Source of the DNA: Rhizophagus irregularis
Lineage: Eukaryota
Length of the DNA stretch: 64,000 nt
NCBI RefSeq assembly: GCF_026210795.1
Contig: NC_089429.1
Coordinates: 3,782,001 to 3,846,000, forward strand
Direction of reading: 5' to 3'
Position 1 is the first letter of the stretch. Every line of letters begins with the position of its first letter. The notes under the pieces are model-generated. The model made no database searches. It had not been told where the DNA came from and saw only the letters and a list, made by a program, of their open reading frames with translations. The position numbers and the translations under genes were made by a program. Below are positions 12,090 through 25,415 of the stretch, piece after piece.

Positions 12090-13478
12090 TTATTTTTTAT
12101 ATTGTTTTTTTAATCGCCTCATTCTTTCTTTTGTCTCTTCATCCGTACTACTTATATAAATTCTTCCGCCTTCCTCCTCGTCTTCTTCTCTTATCTCGTT
12201 TTCTTCCTCTTCTTGTAATACTTCTTCTGCTTCGTCAGCTACTTCTTCTGCTTCATCAACTTCTGCTGCTTCATCAACTCCTTTGTTTGTCTCTTCAGCT
12301 TCTTGGGAAGCTTCTATTTCGTCATTATCGGAATATGAATAATTATCCTTACTTGTAATTTTTTTCTAAGAAGTAAAACAAAATTAGTTTTTAAATATTA
12401 CTATTTATTCAAATTTCTAATGCTTACCAAATTCTTCGTTAAAACGGGTTTTATGACAGATTCTGTAACCTGAATATGTAAATTTTTCGGATTTAAAATA
12501 ATTTCACAAATACTTATTGCATATGCAATTTGCATATTAGATAATTGATTTTTGCCTTTAAGTATTTGGAGGATTCTTGACATATATGTCTCCAGATCTG
12601 GATTCTTGATTTTTTTGAATAAATTACCGTAACAATTTTTCACAGCTGGGCTCCCTTTCCATTTTCTTATTTCGCTTTCCTTTAATGCCGTGTTTATGGC
12701 AGGGATTGTGGGAAGGTTAAATTCTTTAAAAACGACATACATTATGTCTTTCACTTTAGAAGCTAAAGAACCCCGGGCACTACGATGTTTAGCTAGAAGC
12801 TAAAGAAAAGATTTTAAATTTAAATTTCAATAAATTAATGTAAAATCGTAATTTCTCAAAACTTACGGGAGAAGCAATGTTTTTTTCATAAAATATAATC
12901 CATTTATCATATCTATTAAACCGTTTAATAAAATTATCGTAGTTTTCATTCATATAATTATTAGTGAACTCTCGAAGTTCATCGGGGGTAGGATATATTG
13001 AAGCTTCAAGTAACTTTTTAGCAACTTCTTTGATTATTTTCTATAATCAAGAATATAATGATTTAATGAGGAATTACTACTAAATGTTCATCCATGATTT
13101 ACGTAAATATTTGTATTTTTGGGTCTTACCTTTATATATTCTTCATCCCCTTGATTACTATCATTATTTTTATCGACCGATTCTTCTACTTTCGATACTC
13201 TATTTTCTAAAGCCTTTTAGTTGGAAATAATTATATCCAGTTTGGATAAAATTTTTGTATTCTGGCGCAATATTTTCGTTAAAGCTTCTTTATAACAGTA
13301 GAATATAAATAATATAAATAATAATATATTAGTAATAATTATTTTTATTTTTCAAAAATATATAATTTAATCAACCATTAATTAATTCATCAGAAGATTC
13401 GTCGGTTTTTCTCCGTTTGTCTACATGCTCGACTGTTTCAGTGTTTTTTTTTTTATTATTATTATTATTTTTGTCCAT
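12090..13478 (-). pseudogene. Plavaka accessory gene, divergent paralogue (5 exons, one premature TAA)
   Basis: Spliced translation MDKNNN..|EALTKILRQN..SN*KALENRV..|KIIKEVAKKLLEASIYPTPDE..|LLAKHRSARGSLASKVKD..PAINT..SEIRKWK..VKNCYGNLFKK..|acidic tail. The intron positions match the gene at 19640. Confidence 0.8.
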
Positions 13479-13984
13479 GATTGAAAAAATGAAAAAAAAA
13501 GAGAAATTTAACAGATAGAAGAGAAGAAAGGAGTTTAACGAATGAATTGAGAGAGAAAAGAAAGGGTTGGTTAATGGATAAAGGAGAGTTTGAAGGATGC
13601 CTGTGAAACAATAGCATGAGTTTTTTTTCTGTTAGTAGACTTGCATTGCGTTGCAAAATTTTTTTTTTTTTTTTGAAAGGATTTGTTAAGGGGTGTGAAA
13701 AAGAAATAGAAAAGACATGAACTTGCATATATTTCTAAAAAAAAAAAAAAATCTGGGAACATTTGCAAATCCAGTAGAAGAAAAAAGGCATGAAATGAAA
13801 AATGAGCAAGACGTTCGAGAGACTAAATCTGCAGACAAAAAAGATGAGGACCAAGCCTACAGAAGATGAACAGAAACAATGCATATTTATATATTTTATT
13901 GTTTGTAAATCTTTCTATATACTGTTGTTTGTTAAAAAAAATTATTTGATCATTATGCGTAATGATCGACTACACAACAAGTTT

Positions 13985-14570
13985 AATTTCATGCAAAGCC
14001 TATATATTTCTAGATCGCAATAAATATAAGATTTTTGTTACATTTACAACAAAGTTAATAGATAAATGACAATCTTTCATGCAAAGCCCTACAATATTTC
14101 TAGATCCGAATAAACATTCAAATTTTATAAGGTTTTCGTTTACATTAAAGTTAATAGATAAATGACAATCTTTCATGCAAAGCCCTACAATATTTCTAGA
14201 TCCGAAATATTTTGCAATAAATATTCAAATTTTATAAGGTTTTCGTTTACATTAAAGTTAATAGATAAATGACAATCTTTCATGCAAAGCCTACAATATT
14301 TCTAGATCCGAAATATTTCGCAATAAATATTCAAATTTTATAAGGTTTTCGTTTACATTTACAATAAAGTAATAAATAAATGATAATCTTTCATGCAAAG
14401 CCCTACTATATTTCTAGATCCGAAATATTTCGCAATAAATATTCAAATTTTATAAGGTTTCGTTTACATTTACAACAAAGTTAATAGATAAATGACAATC
14501 TTTTATGCAAAGCCCTACTATATTTCTAGATCTGAAATATCTCGCAATAAATATTCAGATTTTATAAAAT
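13985..14570. repeat. Tandem repeat, ~100-115 bp unit, ~5 copies, in the divergent promoter region
   Basis: atgacaatctttcatgcaaagccctacaatatttctagatccgaa is repeated. Confidence 0.9.
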
Positions 14571-15161
14571 AATAAGCTGTGCATAATTATAACGAAATTT
14601 TTCTAAGCTTATTAATTGATAAATATATAGAAAAATGCTTGTGGTCTTTTGATGCACAACTATTGACCGAAAAAATGTATAACCAACCAGATCACAGTTA
14701 CAATTGAGCACAATTTTTGATTGATCGGGTTGGTTATATATCCATAATAGCTTATGTTTATTATATTTATTATAAAATTAAAATCGATCAGGGGGAAAAC
14801 CAATTTTTGTAGATCTGATTAACCGGCTTATGTTTCCATTAACATGATCTGATCTATAGAGTTTCAAAAATAGGATTTTAGAGATTTTGGCTTATATTAG
14901 GCGAGGCTTGTTTCAAATTTGAAATATAGCTTCGCCCGAAACTCACTTTATGATTATCGAAATACGCCACTTTTCGTAGAAAAATTTAAAAAGAGGTAAA
15001 CTTTTCACAATGATCTACGCCTGAGCCGGATCATGTTGTGGCTAATTATTTTTCGGCTAACTACACCATTATGTAAACGTTTATAAATTGACATAAATGA
15101 GCAAATAATTTTTTAATTAATTTGTAAAGTTTAAATTCAAGTAAATTAAATACTCTTAAAA

Positions 15162-18100
15162 ATGTCATATAAATGCCCTTTTTGTCCAAAGTACTTCAGC
15201 ACAAGGTCTGCATACACTCAACATAAGAATTTTTGTACTCCGCCTAATAACGATAGTAGCGATAGTGAAGAATTAGAAGAATTTGAACATAAAACTAATA
15301 ATCATGATATCGAGGTAAAGAAAATAGGAAATTATAAAATTTTTTGAATTTCTTTTTTAACATAATTAATTTTATAGATGGTCCGTGAAGATTCATGCGA
15401 AGATTTTTCTGATAATAAAAGTACAGACTCGGAAATAAATAATCAGAGTTTTCAAAGTATGATGTCAATTTCAGAGGTTGGTGAAATTGATCAAAATATA
15501 GAAGAAATAGACCACGATGAAAATGAAAATGTCTTTGAAAATATCTTGGAAGATTCTGATTCAGAATTGAATGAAGAAGAATCCAAACCAGAAATTAATG
15601 TTAATTACCCAAGTGAAGCATATAGTGATTTAATGGCATTAGTTACGAAATATAAACTTAACAATGCGACAGGAAATGCTATAATTAAATTCTTTAATAA
15701 ACATGTAAATTTAGATAAATCACCTCTTCCAAGATCTATCGAACAAGGCCGCAAATATATGGATAATATGAAACTACCAAATTTAAATTATACTAAAACT
15801 AGTATAATGAATTATAATAATAATGAGTATTTTCTTTATCATCAGTCTTTAATAAACTGTATAAAAAATATTTTGTCAATTTCGGACATATCACAAAATT
15901 TTGCGTTAACTTTTGAGAAAGTTGAGGTAATTATTTTATACTTTCGTATGAAATATACAACTTAATATTATAGGATATTTACTAATCTTCATATAAACTT
16001 AAAGCATAACGGTGAAAGGGAGTTTAGCGAACAAAATACTGGGATATAGTGGAAAAATGCGAAAAAATCCCTGCCACCTGGTGCCAGGCTTTTATCTTTA
16101 ATATTATATTCTGACGCTACAAATGTTGACACACTAGGAAAAAGTCAACTCCATCCCATTTACTTGTCTATTGGTAATATTAAAAATTGGAGGCGTAATA
16201 AGAAAGATGCAAAGCAATTATTAGCGTATCTGCCGATCTTAAAATCTAATAATATTACTGAAAGGAAGTCTGAAACATTTGAGATTGCTGTTCGCGAATG
16301 CTTCCATAAATCTTTGGAATTGTTACTAGACCCTTTATTAAAATTAAATAAAAATGGCATTGATCTATTTTTAAATAACGAAATGATTTGGTTTTATCCT
16401 AGAGTTTCAGCTATAATATCTGACTGGCCGGAAGCTGCAACGTACTGTCTTACATACAAATCACCAATGTCGAAACATCCTTGTCATTTTTGTCTAGTCA
16501 CAAGAGACAATCTTGCTAATCTTAATTTACAAATTGATGATATAACACCACGAACTCATGTTAATATACAGCAGTATTTTAATCAAAACTCGGGAAATTC
16601 CGTTTGCATTGAAAATATATCTAATTTTTTTTGGAATCTGCCGTAAGTTTACATAATATTTGTTAGGCATCCAGCCATTTCACCAAATCACGTAAGCATT
16701 ACAAGCATTACACTAACATGAGTTTATTTTTATTAATTTATATTAAGTAATATAAATATCTATCAAGCCACAGTGCCTGATAGAATGCATCATCTCGATT
16801 TAGGCCTCTTTCATTATCAAATCGATTATACGAAAAACTTTTAGGGGCGCAATGTGGCATAACTTTAGTTGATGAAGTAGATCATCGATTAGCCGCAATA
16901 CCAAGATTTCCCGGTTTGAAGATCTTTACAAATGGCATACAATCAATAGCCAGATTAACAGCTAATGAGTATCGCAATCTGATGAAAGTAATGGTTTTTG
17001 TAGTGGACAATTTGTTTGTAAATAATGAGGATGATGAAAATTTTGTAAAGAATGAAGATCTGGCAAAACTTTACGAAGCTTGGAATGAAATGTATGCAAT
17101 TAGTCGATATGAAAATTTCAAAGAAAGTGATTTGGCCAAATTTAGGGTATGTACTACATAATTATTATAAAACAACGCTGTTCACTAATACTTAAAATTA
17201 TAATTTCAGGAATCTATAAACAATTGGTCTCAAATGTTCATAAAAATTTTCCAATATATGTCCCCTCGGAGTTAAAATTACCAAAACTGCATTCGTGGGC
17301 ATATCATATAATTGATTCGATTCGATCATTTGGTGCAGTTAATGGATACACTACAGAGACTTACGAAAGCCTTCACAAAGAATACGTTAAGAATCCCTAC
17401 TGATTAAGTAATAAAAAAAATATTGAAGTTCAAATAATGAAAATAGCAAGTATTATTTATATAAAATACACAATACTATGTTAAATTTCTAAAAAAAATT
17501 AATTTTTATAGATTTGGCGACAATCAATAACAAATATAACCCATCGATTACCAAATTCAGCTACTATCCCTCGTATATTTAAATTTACAGCAATACTTTT
17601 CGAATTTCTATTAAAAGATACCCATGATTTTTTTGTAGAACAGGCTAATATAGACCACAAAATGAAATCTGGATTTGACAATTTTTTGGAATGTTTAAAT
17701 CTGTATATGGATCACGAAAGTATTGCAAATGAAAGCCAAGTGACAATATACAGATCAGTTATAATAGAAAATGATGCAATAATGCGTGCTACTAACAGTT
17801 ATTATGGCAGACCTTGGTATAGTAATGTGTCTGTTCGTATGAATTCTGATGAATTATTTGATTACGCTTCTGATCAAGGCATTTGTTACGGGCAGGTAAT
17901 TTTTTAATTGATTTGATACTACATATTTATATAATATTGCTAATTTAAAAATGATTTTTTAAATTAAGGTTTTATTAATAGCGAAAATAGAACTTAAGAA
18001 TCAAAATATTCCATTAAATCCCGCATTAATTCAGTGGTATGACTTCAAATTTCAAAATCAACCACATCTTTATGGGTGTCCCTTACTAGAAATTACGGAA

Positions 18101-18203
18101 ATCTATAACTTTATTGATATAGAAGCAATACAAGATATTGTACATATAGTACCCCCGGTTTAATAAAACAAATGAATATTTTGTAAATAAATACATATTT
18201 TAA
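15162..18203 (+). pseudogene. Plavaka-family transposase (multi-exon, N-terminal zinc finger), inactivated
   Basis: Motifs: YKCPFCPKYF..QHKNFC; LILYSDATNVDTLGKSQLHPIYLSIGNI; SDWPEAATYCL; PCHFC; PDRMHHLDLGLF; FPGLKIF; PKLHSWAYH; NGYTTETYESLHK. GT-AG introns separate the ORF pieces. Stops occur at ~16047 and 17401, and there are frameshifts. Confidence 0.9.
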
Positions 18204-18579
18204 TAAAGTTTATTATATTTAACGACAGCGATACTAATATCTTGTATAACGTTACTGATCTAAAATATGACTATTACTTTTCCTTTTTTGATAAGGTAAG
18301 TTTTATGGATTTCCGTAAAGTTACGGTTGAATGCGTAAATTGTTCCATTTTTATTGGTTAGACTGTTCATGTCTGATCGGTTATACCAACTAATAAATTC
18401 ATGATCAAAAAATGCTGATCAAACAACCCTGACTAATATATAATAAGTTGGAATTTTATTTCACTCAGGAGTGGTATCATTAGATTTTTTATAATGTGTA
18501 TGCATGCTTATGTTTTTGAAATTATATAAATTTTTTATCGTACAAAGAAAAACTTTAATGTTTATTGTTTCCATGTAAG

Positions 18580-19500
18580 ATACGACTGACATAATTATTA
18601 CTACTAAGTATGCGAAGGTTTCTGCAGTTCCTGCGAATTCTACTTTAATGACTTGTACGAAAAATTGCTTGGTTTAGTATAATGAGTAAGTATCGAAATC
18701 ATGCGAATTTCTATCCATAATAATAAAACTCATTTTCACGTGTTTATGTTTTATTTCCATATATGATATAACAATGATATAATTATTAAATATTCGAAGG
18801 TTCAAGGTTCCTGCGGATTCTACTTTGATGACTTGTCGAAAAATTGCTTAGTTTAGTATAATGAGTAAGTATTGAAATCATGCGGTTCTATCTATAATAA
18901 TAACAAGGAAAAAACTCATGTTCCATATAAAGTGATATAATTATCGAATATTCAAAGGTTTCTGCGGTTACTGATTTAATGACTGGTACGCCTGGTTATA
19001 GAATAATGAGTAAGTAATCAAAATTATCCTTATGTTCACGTGCGTGTTTTTATTTCCTCAACTGACATAATTATTACTAAGAAAGTTTCTGCGGTTCTAC
19101 TTTAATGACTGGTACGAAAAAATTACCTGGTTTAGAATAATGAGTAAGTAATCGAAATTATGTGAATTTATCCTTATGTTCACGTGCATTTGGTTTTATT
19201 TCCTCAACTGACATAATTATTACTAAGAAAGTTTCTTTGCCTGGTTTAGAATAATGAGTAATTATGCCTATGTTTACATGCATGTGTTTTTATTTCCTCG
19301 ACTGACATAATTATTACTAAGAAAGTTTCTTTTCCTGGTTTAGAATAATGAGTAATTATGCGAATTTATCCTTATGTTCATGTGTATATGTTTTTATTTC
19401 CTCAACTGACATAATTATTACTAAGAGAGTTTCTGCAGTTCTGCTTAATGACTGGTACAAAAATTTGCATGATGTAATTATTGAGTATTTGAAAGTTTCT
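18580..19500 (+). repeat. Exon+intron-like tandem array upstream of accessory gene copy 1 (counterparts at ~21510-22500 and ~24565-25260)
   Basis: Unit: ..AATAATGA|gtaagt or gtaatt ... actgac ataattattactaag|AAAGTTTC.. Confidence 0.75.
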
Positions 19501-19639
19501 GTTAATGACTGGTACGAAAAATTGCTTGATTTGGGGTTAAAGAGTTTTTTTTTTCATAAATAAGGACCAATTTTTTTTCTTCAGAAATATTTCTTTTTTT
19601 CTTAAATTGTAAGAAATCCCATTTTTCAAAAGTATCATT

Positions 19640-20913
19640 ATGGAATCAGTAAATAAATTGAGAGAATCCTCTCGTAAGAAAATTGAGGAATTGCTAATCG
19701 AAGGGAATCATAAGCGCAGTGATAGAGGCCGAAGCAGAAGCAGAAGCAACAGCAGTAAAACCAACATCAACACCAACGAAACTATCAATGATGAAATTTA
19801 TGTTACTCAGACTAAGAGATGGCTTCCTGTAAATTCAAAAATTGAAGGTATTCGCAAATATTTAAGAAATTAATAAAATTATCTTGTAATTAATTAATAT
19901 TTATTGTAATTATGATAGATCGATTAACAAAGATTGAAAATAAAATCGATACTTTAAGTAAAGAAATACAAGAGTTTAAATCCGAGTTAAAAACTTTACT
20001 TTCTGATAAAATAAATTTAACATCAAGCGTTAAAAAATCATTCATAGTGGTAAGAATATCTTTGAAATATTTAGTTTTTATTATTTATTTACATTCTAAT
20101 TATTTTGAATTTCGACTAATTTTAGGATGTTGTGAAAAATGTTTCGAAATTATTAATAAAAGTATCGATTTACCCAACAAAAGATGAATGTTGTGGAGCG
20201 GTTGAAGGATATTTATCACTGAACCATGCGAGTTTTTTCTCTAATTTTACTGAAGACAATTGGATCTCGTTTTACAACGAGAATATACATAAACAAGTAA
20301 GTCCTTATTCGATAGTAACAAAATGTTTAATAAAATAAAATAAAATATTAAGTATTAACTTTCTTCGTAGTTAACAAAACAAGTACGGTCCGTAAGAGGA
20401 ACATTGTCCTCGAAATCAAGGGAGGCTATTTTTTCTATATTCGGATCCCGTTTACCACCTATAAACACAAATGCCAGGCCGTCTGAAATTGCAAAATGGA
20501 AAAGAAAACCCGAGGTTAAAAGTTGTTTTGAAGGCTTGTTCAAAAAAATGAATCCCAAAGACAAAAATTCTTCGATTGTTTTAGCAAGCGTTATTGACAA
20601 AGTCCTCCAAAATGGCCATTCTAATGCAGAACTTGCATATGTTCTTGCGATCTGCTCAACAATTTTGAACTCAAATCATGACGAAATAATGTTGAAAAAG
20701 AATATCATGAAACAAAAAGTTAAAAAATTTTTAGTAAGTTTGTAATTTTATAGTAGTATTTAATAAAATAAGATTTCATGGCTAATCATATTATCTTTAA
20801 AGAAAAAAATCAATAGTCAAACGATCATAATTTATTCCGATTTTGAAGATAATAGCTATGAGGAAGAAGAAAGTGGAAATGAAACTGAAGATGATGAAGA
20901 AGATGATGTATAA
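19640..20913 (+). CDS. Plavaka accessory protein copy 1, apparently intact, 327 aa (basic N-terminus, coiled coil, helical domain, acidic tail)
   Basis: Exons 19640-19847, 19919-20049, 20126-20296, 20371-20733 and 20803-20913 join through GT-AG introns into one open frame. Confidence 0.85.
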
Positions 20914-22645
20914 TAAGGTGAATTTTATTATATGCATAAGATAATTATATATATGTTTATTTGTTTTAATAAATTTATTATTTTTTTTTTATTGGTTTGG
21001 CAGGACTGGTGAATTCATATTAATAATATAATATTACGAATTAGTAATTGATATGTTATTTAAAAGAGCATCTCCTTCAAAAAACAAATCAATAAATTTT
21101 ACGTTTTTGCGATTAATTTGTATATAAAATTTTATTAATTTGAGTTTTTCTCATTTGACTGATAACTGTTAAACAATAAAGAATTTTTATACATGAAACA
21201 CAAAAAATTATTTTGAATTTGATCGCAATTTTGTTAAAATTCATAGTTACAATTGAATGTGTAAAATTGTTCTATTTTTTATTGGTTAGACTGGAGTTCA
21301 TTGTCTGATCGGTCACACCAACTAATAAATTCGTGATCAAAAAATGCTGATCAAACAACCCTGACTAATATATAATGAGTTGGAATTTTATTTCACTCAG
21401 GAGTGTATCATTAGATTTTTTATAATGTGTATGCATGCTTATGTTTTCGAAATTATATAAATTTTTTATCGTACAAAGAAAAACTTTAATTTTTATTATT
21501 TCCATGTAAGATACGACTGACATAATTATTACTACTAAGTATGCGAAGGTTTCTGCAGTTCCTGCGAATTCTACTTTAATGACTTGTACGAAAAATTGCT
21601 TAGTTTAGTATAATGAGTAAGTATCAAAATCATGCGAATTTCTATCCATAATAATAAAACTCATGTTCACGTGTTTATGTTTTATTTCCATATATGATAT
21701 AACAGTGATATAATTATTAAATATTCGAAGGTTCAAGGTTCCTGCGGATTCTACTTTAATGACTTGTACGAAAAATTGCTTGGTTTAGTATAATGAGTAA
21801 GTATCGAAATCATGCAGTTCTATCCATAATAATAACAAGGAAAAAACTCATGTTCACGCGTAATTATTTATTTCCATATAAAGTGATATAATTATTGAAT
21901 ATTCGAAGGTTTCTGCGGTTACTGCTTTAATGACTGGTACGCCTGGTTTAGAATAATGAGTAAGTAATCGAAATTATCCTTATGTTCACGTGCATGTTTT
22001 TATTTCCTCAACTGACATAATTATTACTAAGAAAGTTTCTGCAGTTCTACTTTAATAACTGGTATGAAAAAATTACCTGATTTAGAATAATGAGTAAGTA
22101 ATCGAAATTATGTGAATTTATCCTTATGTTTACGTGCATTTGTTTTTATTTCCTCAACTGACATAATTATTACTAAGAAAGTTTCTTTTCCTGGTTTAGA
22201 ATAATGAGTAATTATGCGAATTGTACGAAAAAATTTTCTGGTTTAGAATAATGAGTAATTATGCGATTTATCCTTATGTTTACGTGCATTTGTTTTTATT
22301 TCCTCGTCTGACATAATTATTACTAAGAAAGTTTCTTTTCCTGGTTTAGAATAATGAGTAATTATGCGAATTTATCCTTATGTTCATGTGTATATGTTTT
22401 TATTTCCTCAACTGACATAATTATTACTAAGAGAGTTTCTGCGGTTCTGCTTAATGACTGGTACGAAAATTTGCATGATGTAATTATTGAGTATTCGAAA
22501 GTTTCTGTTAATGACTGGTACGAATAATTGCTTGATTTGGGTTTAAAGAGTTTTTTTTTTTCATAAATAATGGTCAATTTTTTTCCTTCAGAAATATTTT
22601 TTTTTCTTAAATTGTAAGAAATCCCACTTTTTCAAAAGTATTATT

Positions 22646-23918
22646 ATGGAATCAGGAAATAAATTGAGAGAGTCCTCTTGTAAGAAAATTGAGGAATTGC
22701 TAATCGAAGGGAATCATAAGCGCAGTGATAGAAGCCAAAGCTGAAGCAGAAACAACAGCAGTAAAACCAACATCAACACCAACAAAACCATTAATGACGA
22801 AGTTAGCGTTCTTCAAACTAAGAGATGGCTTCCTGCAAATTCAAAAATTGAAGGTATTCGCAAATATTTAAGAAATTAATAAAATTATCTTGTAATTAAT
22901 ATTTATTGTAATTATGGTAGATCGATTAACAAAGATTGAAAATAAAATCGATACTTTAAGTAAAGAAATACACGAGTTTAAATCTGAGTTAAAAACTTTA
23001 CTTTCTGATAAAATAAATTTGTCATCAAGCGTTAAAGAATCATTCATAGCGGTAGGAATATCTTTGAAATATTTAGTTTTATTATTTATTTACATTCTAA
23101 TTATTTTGAATTTCGACTAATTTTAGGATGTTGTGAAAAATGTTTCGAAATTATTAATAAAAGTATCAATTTACCCAACAAAAGATGAATGTTATGGAGC
23201 GGTTGAAGGATATTTAATACTGAACTATGTGAGTTTTTTCTCTAATTTTACTGAAGACGATTGGATCGCGTATTATAACGAGAATATACATAAACAAGTA
23301 AGTTTTTATTCGATAACAAAATGTTTAATAAAATAAAATAAAATATTAAGTATTAACTTTCTTCGTAAAGTTAACAAAACAAGTACGGTCCATAAGAAGA
23401 ACATTGTCCTCGAAATCAATGGAGGCTATTTTTTCTATATTCGGATCCCGTTTACCACCTATAAACACAAATGCCGGGCCGTCTGAAGTAGCAAAATGGA
23501 AGAGAAAATCTGAAGTTAAAGATTGTTTTGAAGGCCTGTTCAAAAAAATGAATCCCAAGGACAAAAATTCTTCGATTGTTTTAGCAAGCATTATTGACAA
23601 AGTCCTCCAAGGTGGCAATTCTAATGCAGAACTTGCATATGTTCTTGCGACCTGCTCAACAATTTTGAACCCACATCATGACGAAATAATGTTGAAAAAG
23701 AATATCATGAAACAAAAAGTTAAAAAATTTTTAGTAAGTTTGTAATTTTGTAGTAGTATTTAATAAAATATCATTTCATGGCTAATCAATCATATTATTC
23801 TTTAAAGGAAAAAATCAATAATCAAACGGCTATAAAATATTCCAATTTTGAAGATAATAACTATGAGGAAGAAGAAGGTGGAAATGAAACTGATGATGAT
23901 GAAGAAGATGATGTATAA
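22646..23918 (+). pseudogene. Plavaka accessory gene copy 2 (TGA in exon 1)
   Basis: Highly similar to copy 1, with an in-frame TGA at 22742-22744. Confidence 0.85.
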
Positions 23919-25415
23919 TAAGGTGAATTTTATATGCATAAGATAATTATATATATGTTTATTTGTTTTAATAAATTTATTATTTTTTTTTATTGGTTTG
24001 GTAGGACTGGTGAATATATTAATAATATAACAAATATTACGAATTAGTAATTGATATGTACAATTTCAAAAAAAAAAATGCCCCCACTCTTCTAAATTTT
24101 ATAAATTACATTTATTTGATAATCATTTAAAAGAGCATCTCCTTCAAAAAACAAATCAATAAATTTTACGTTTTTGCGATTAATTTGTATATAAAATTTT
24201 ATTAATTTGAGTTTTCTCATTTGGCTGATAACTGTTAAACAAATAAAAGAATTTTTATACATGAAACACAAAAAATTATTTTGAATTTGATCGTAATTTT
24301 GTTAAAATTCATAGTTACAATTAATTCGTAAATTGTTCTATTTTTTATTGGTTAGACTGGAGTTCATTGTCTGATCGGTCATACCAACTAATATCAAAAA
24401 TGCTGATCAAACAACCCTGACTAATATATAATGAGTTTGAATTTTATTTCACTCAGGAGTGGTATCATTAGATTTTTTATTCTGTGTATGCATGCTTATA
24501 TTCGAAATTATACAAATTTTTATCGTGCAAAGAAAAACTTTAATGTTTATTTGTTTCCATGTAAGATACGACTGACATAATTATTACTACTAAGTATACG
24601 AAGGTTTCTGCAGTTCCTGCGAATTCTACTTTAATGACTTGTACGAAAAATTGCTTAGTTTAGTATAATGAGTAAGTATCGAAATCATGCGGTTTCTATC
24701 CATAATAATAACAAGGAAAAAAACTCATGTTTACACGTATTTATTTTATTTCCATATAAAGTGATATAATTATTAAATATTCGAAAGTTTCTGCGGTTAC
24801 TGCTTTAATGACTGGTACAAAGAAATTGCCTGGTTTAGTAAGTAATCGAAATTATCCTTATGTTTACGTGCGTGTTTTTATTTCCTCAACTGAAGTATTA
24901 TTACTAAGAAAGTTTCTGCGGTTCTGCTTTAATGACTGGTACGAAAAATTACCTGGTTTAGAATAATGAGTAAGTAATTGAAATTATGCGAATTTATCCT
25001 TATGTTCATGTGCATTTGTTTTTATTTCCTCAACTGACATAATTATTACTAAGAAAGTTTTTTTGCTTGGTTTAAAATAATGAGTAATTATACGAATTGT
25101 ACGAAAAAATTTCCTGGTTTAGAATAATGAGTAATTATGCGATTTATCCTTATGTTCACGCGCATTTGTTTTTATTTCCTCGACTGACATAATTATTACT
25201 AAGAAAGTTTCTGCGGTTCTGCTTAATGATTGGTACGAAAATTTGCATGATGTAATTATTGAGTATTCGAAAGTTTCTGTTAATGACTGGTACGAAAAAT
25301 TGCTTGATTTGGTTTAAAGAGTTTTTTTTTTTCATAAATAATGGTCAATTTTTTTTCTTCAGAAATATTTTTTTTTTTTAAATTGTAAGAAATCCCATTT
25401 TTCAAAAGTATCATT

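Noticed and set aside
13985..14570. Possible exon-intron grammar in this array and in the 84-bp array at 35735-36220
   Set aside because: Donor-like and AG motifs exist, but branch sites and strand logic are unconvincing, so they are kept as plain tandem repeats.
24057..24122. ~62-bp segment present in cassette copy 2 but not copy 1
   Set aside because: It has no TIR or TSD, so an insertion cannot be distinguished from a deletion.
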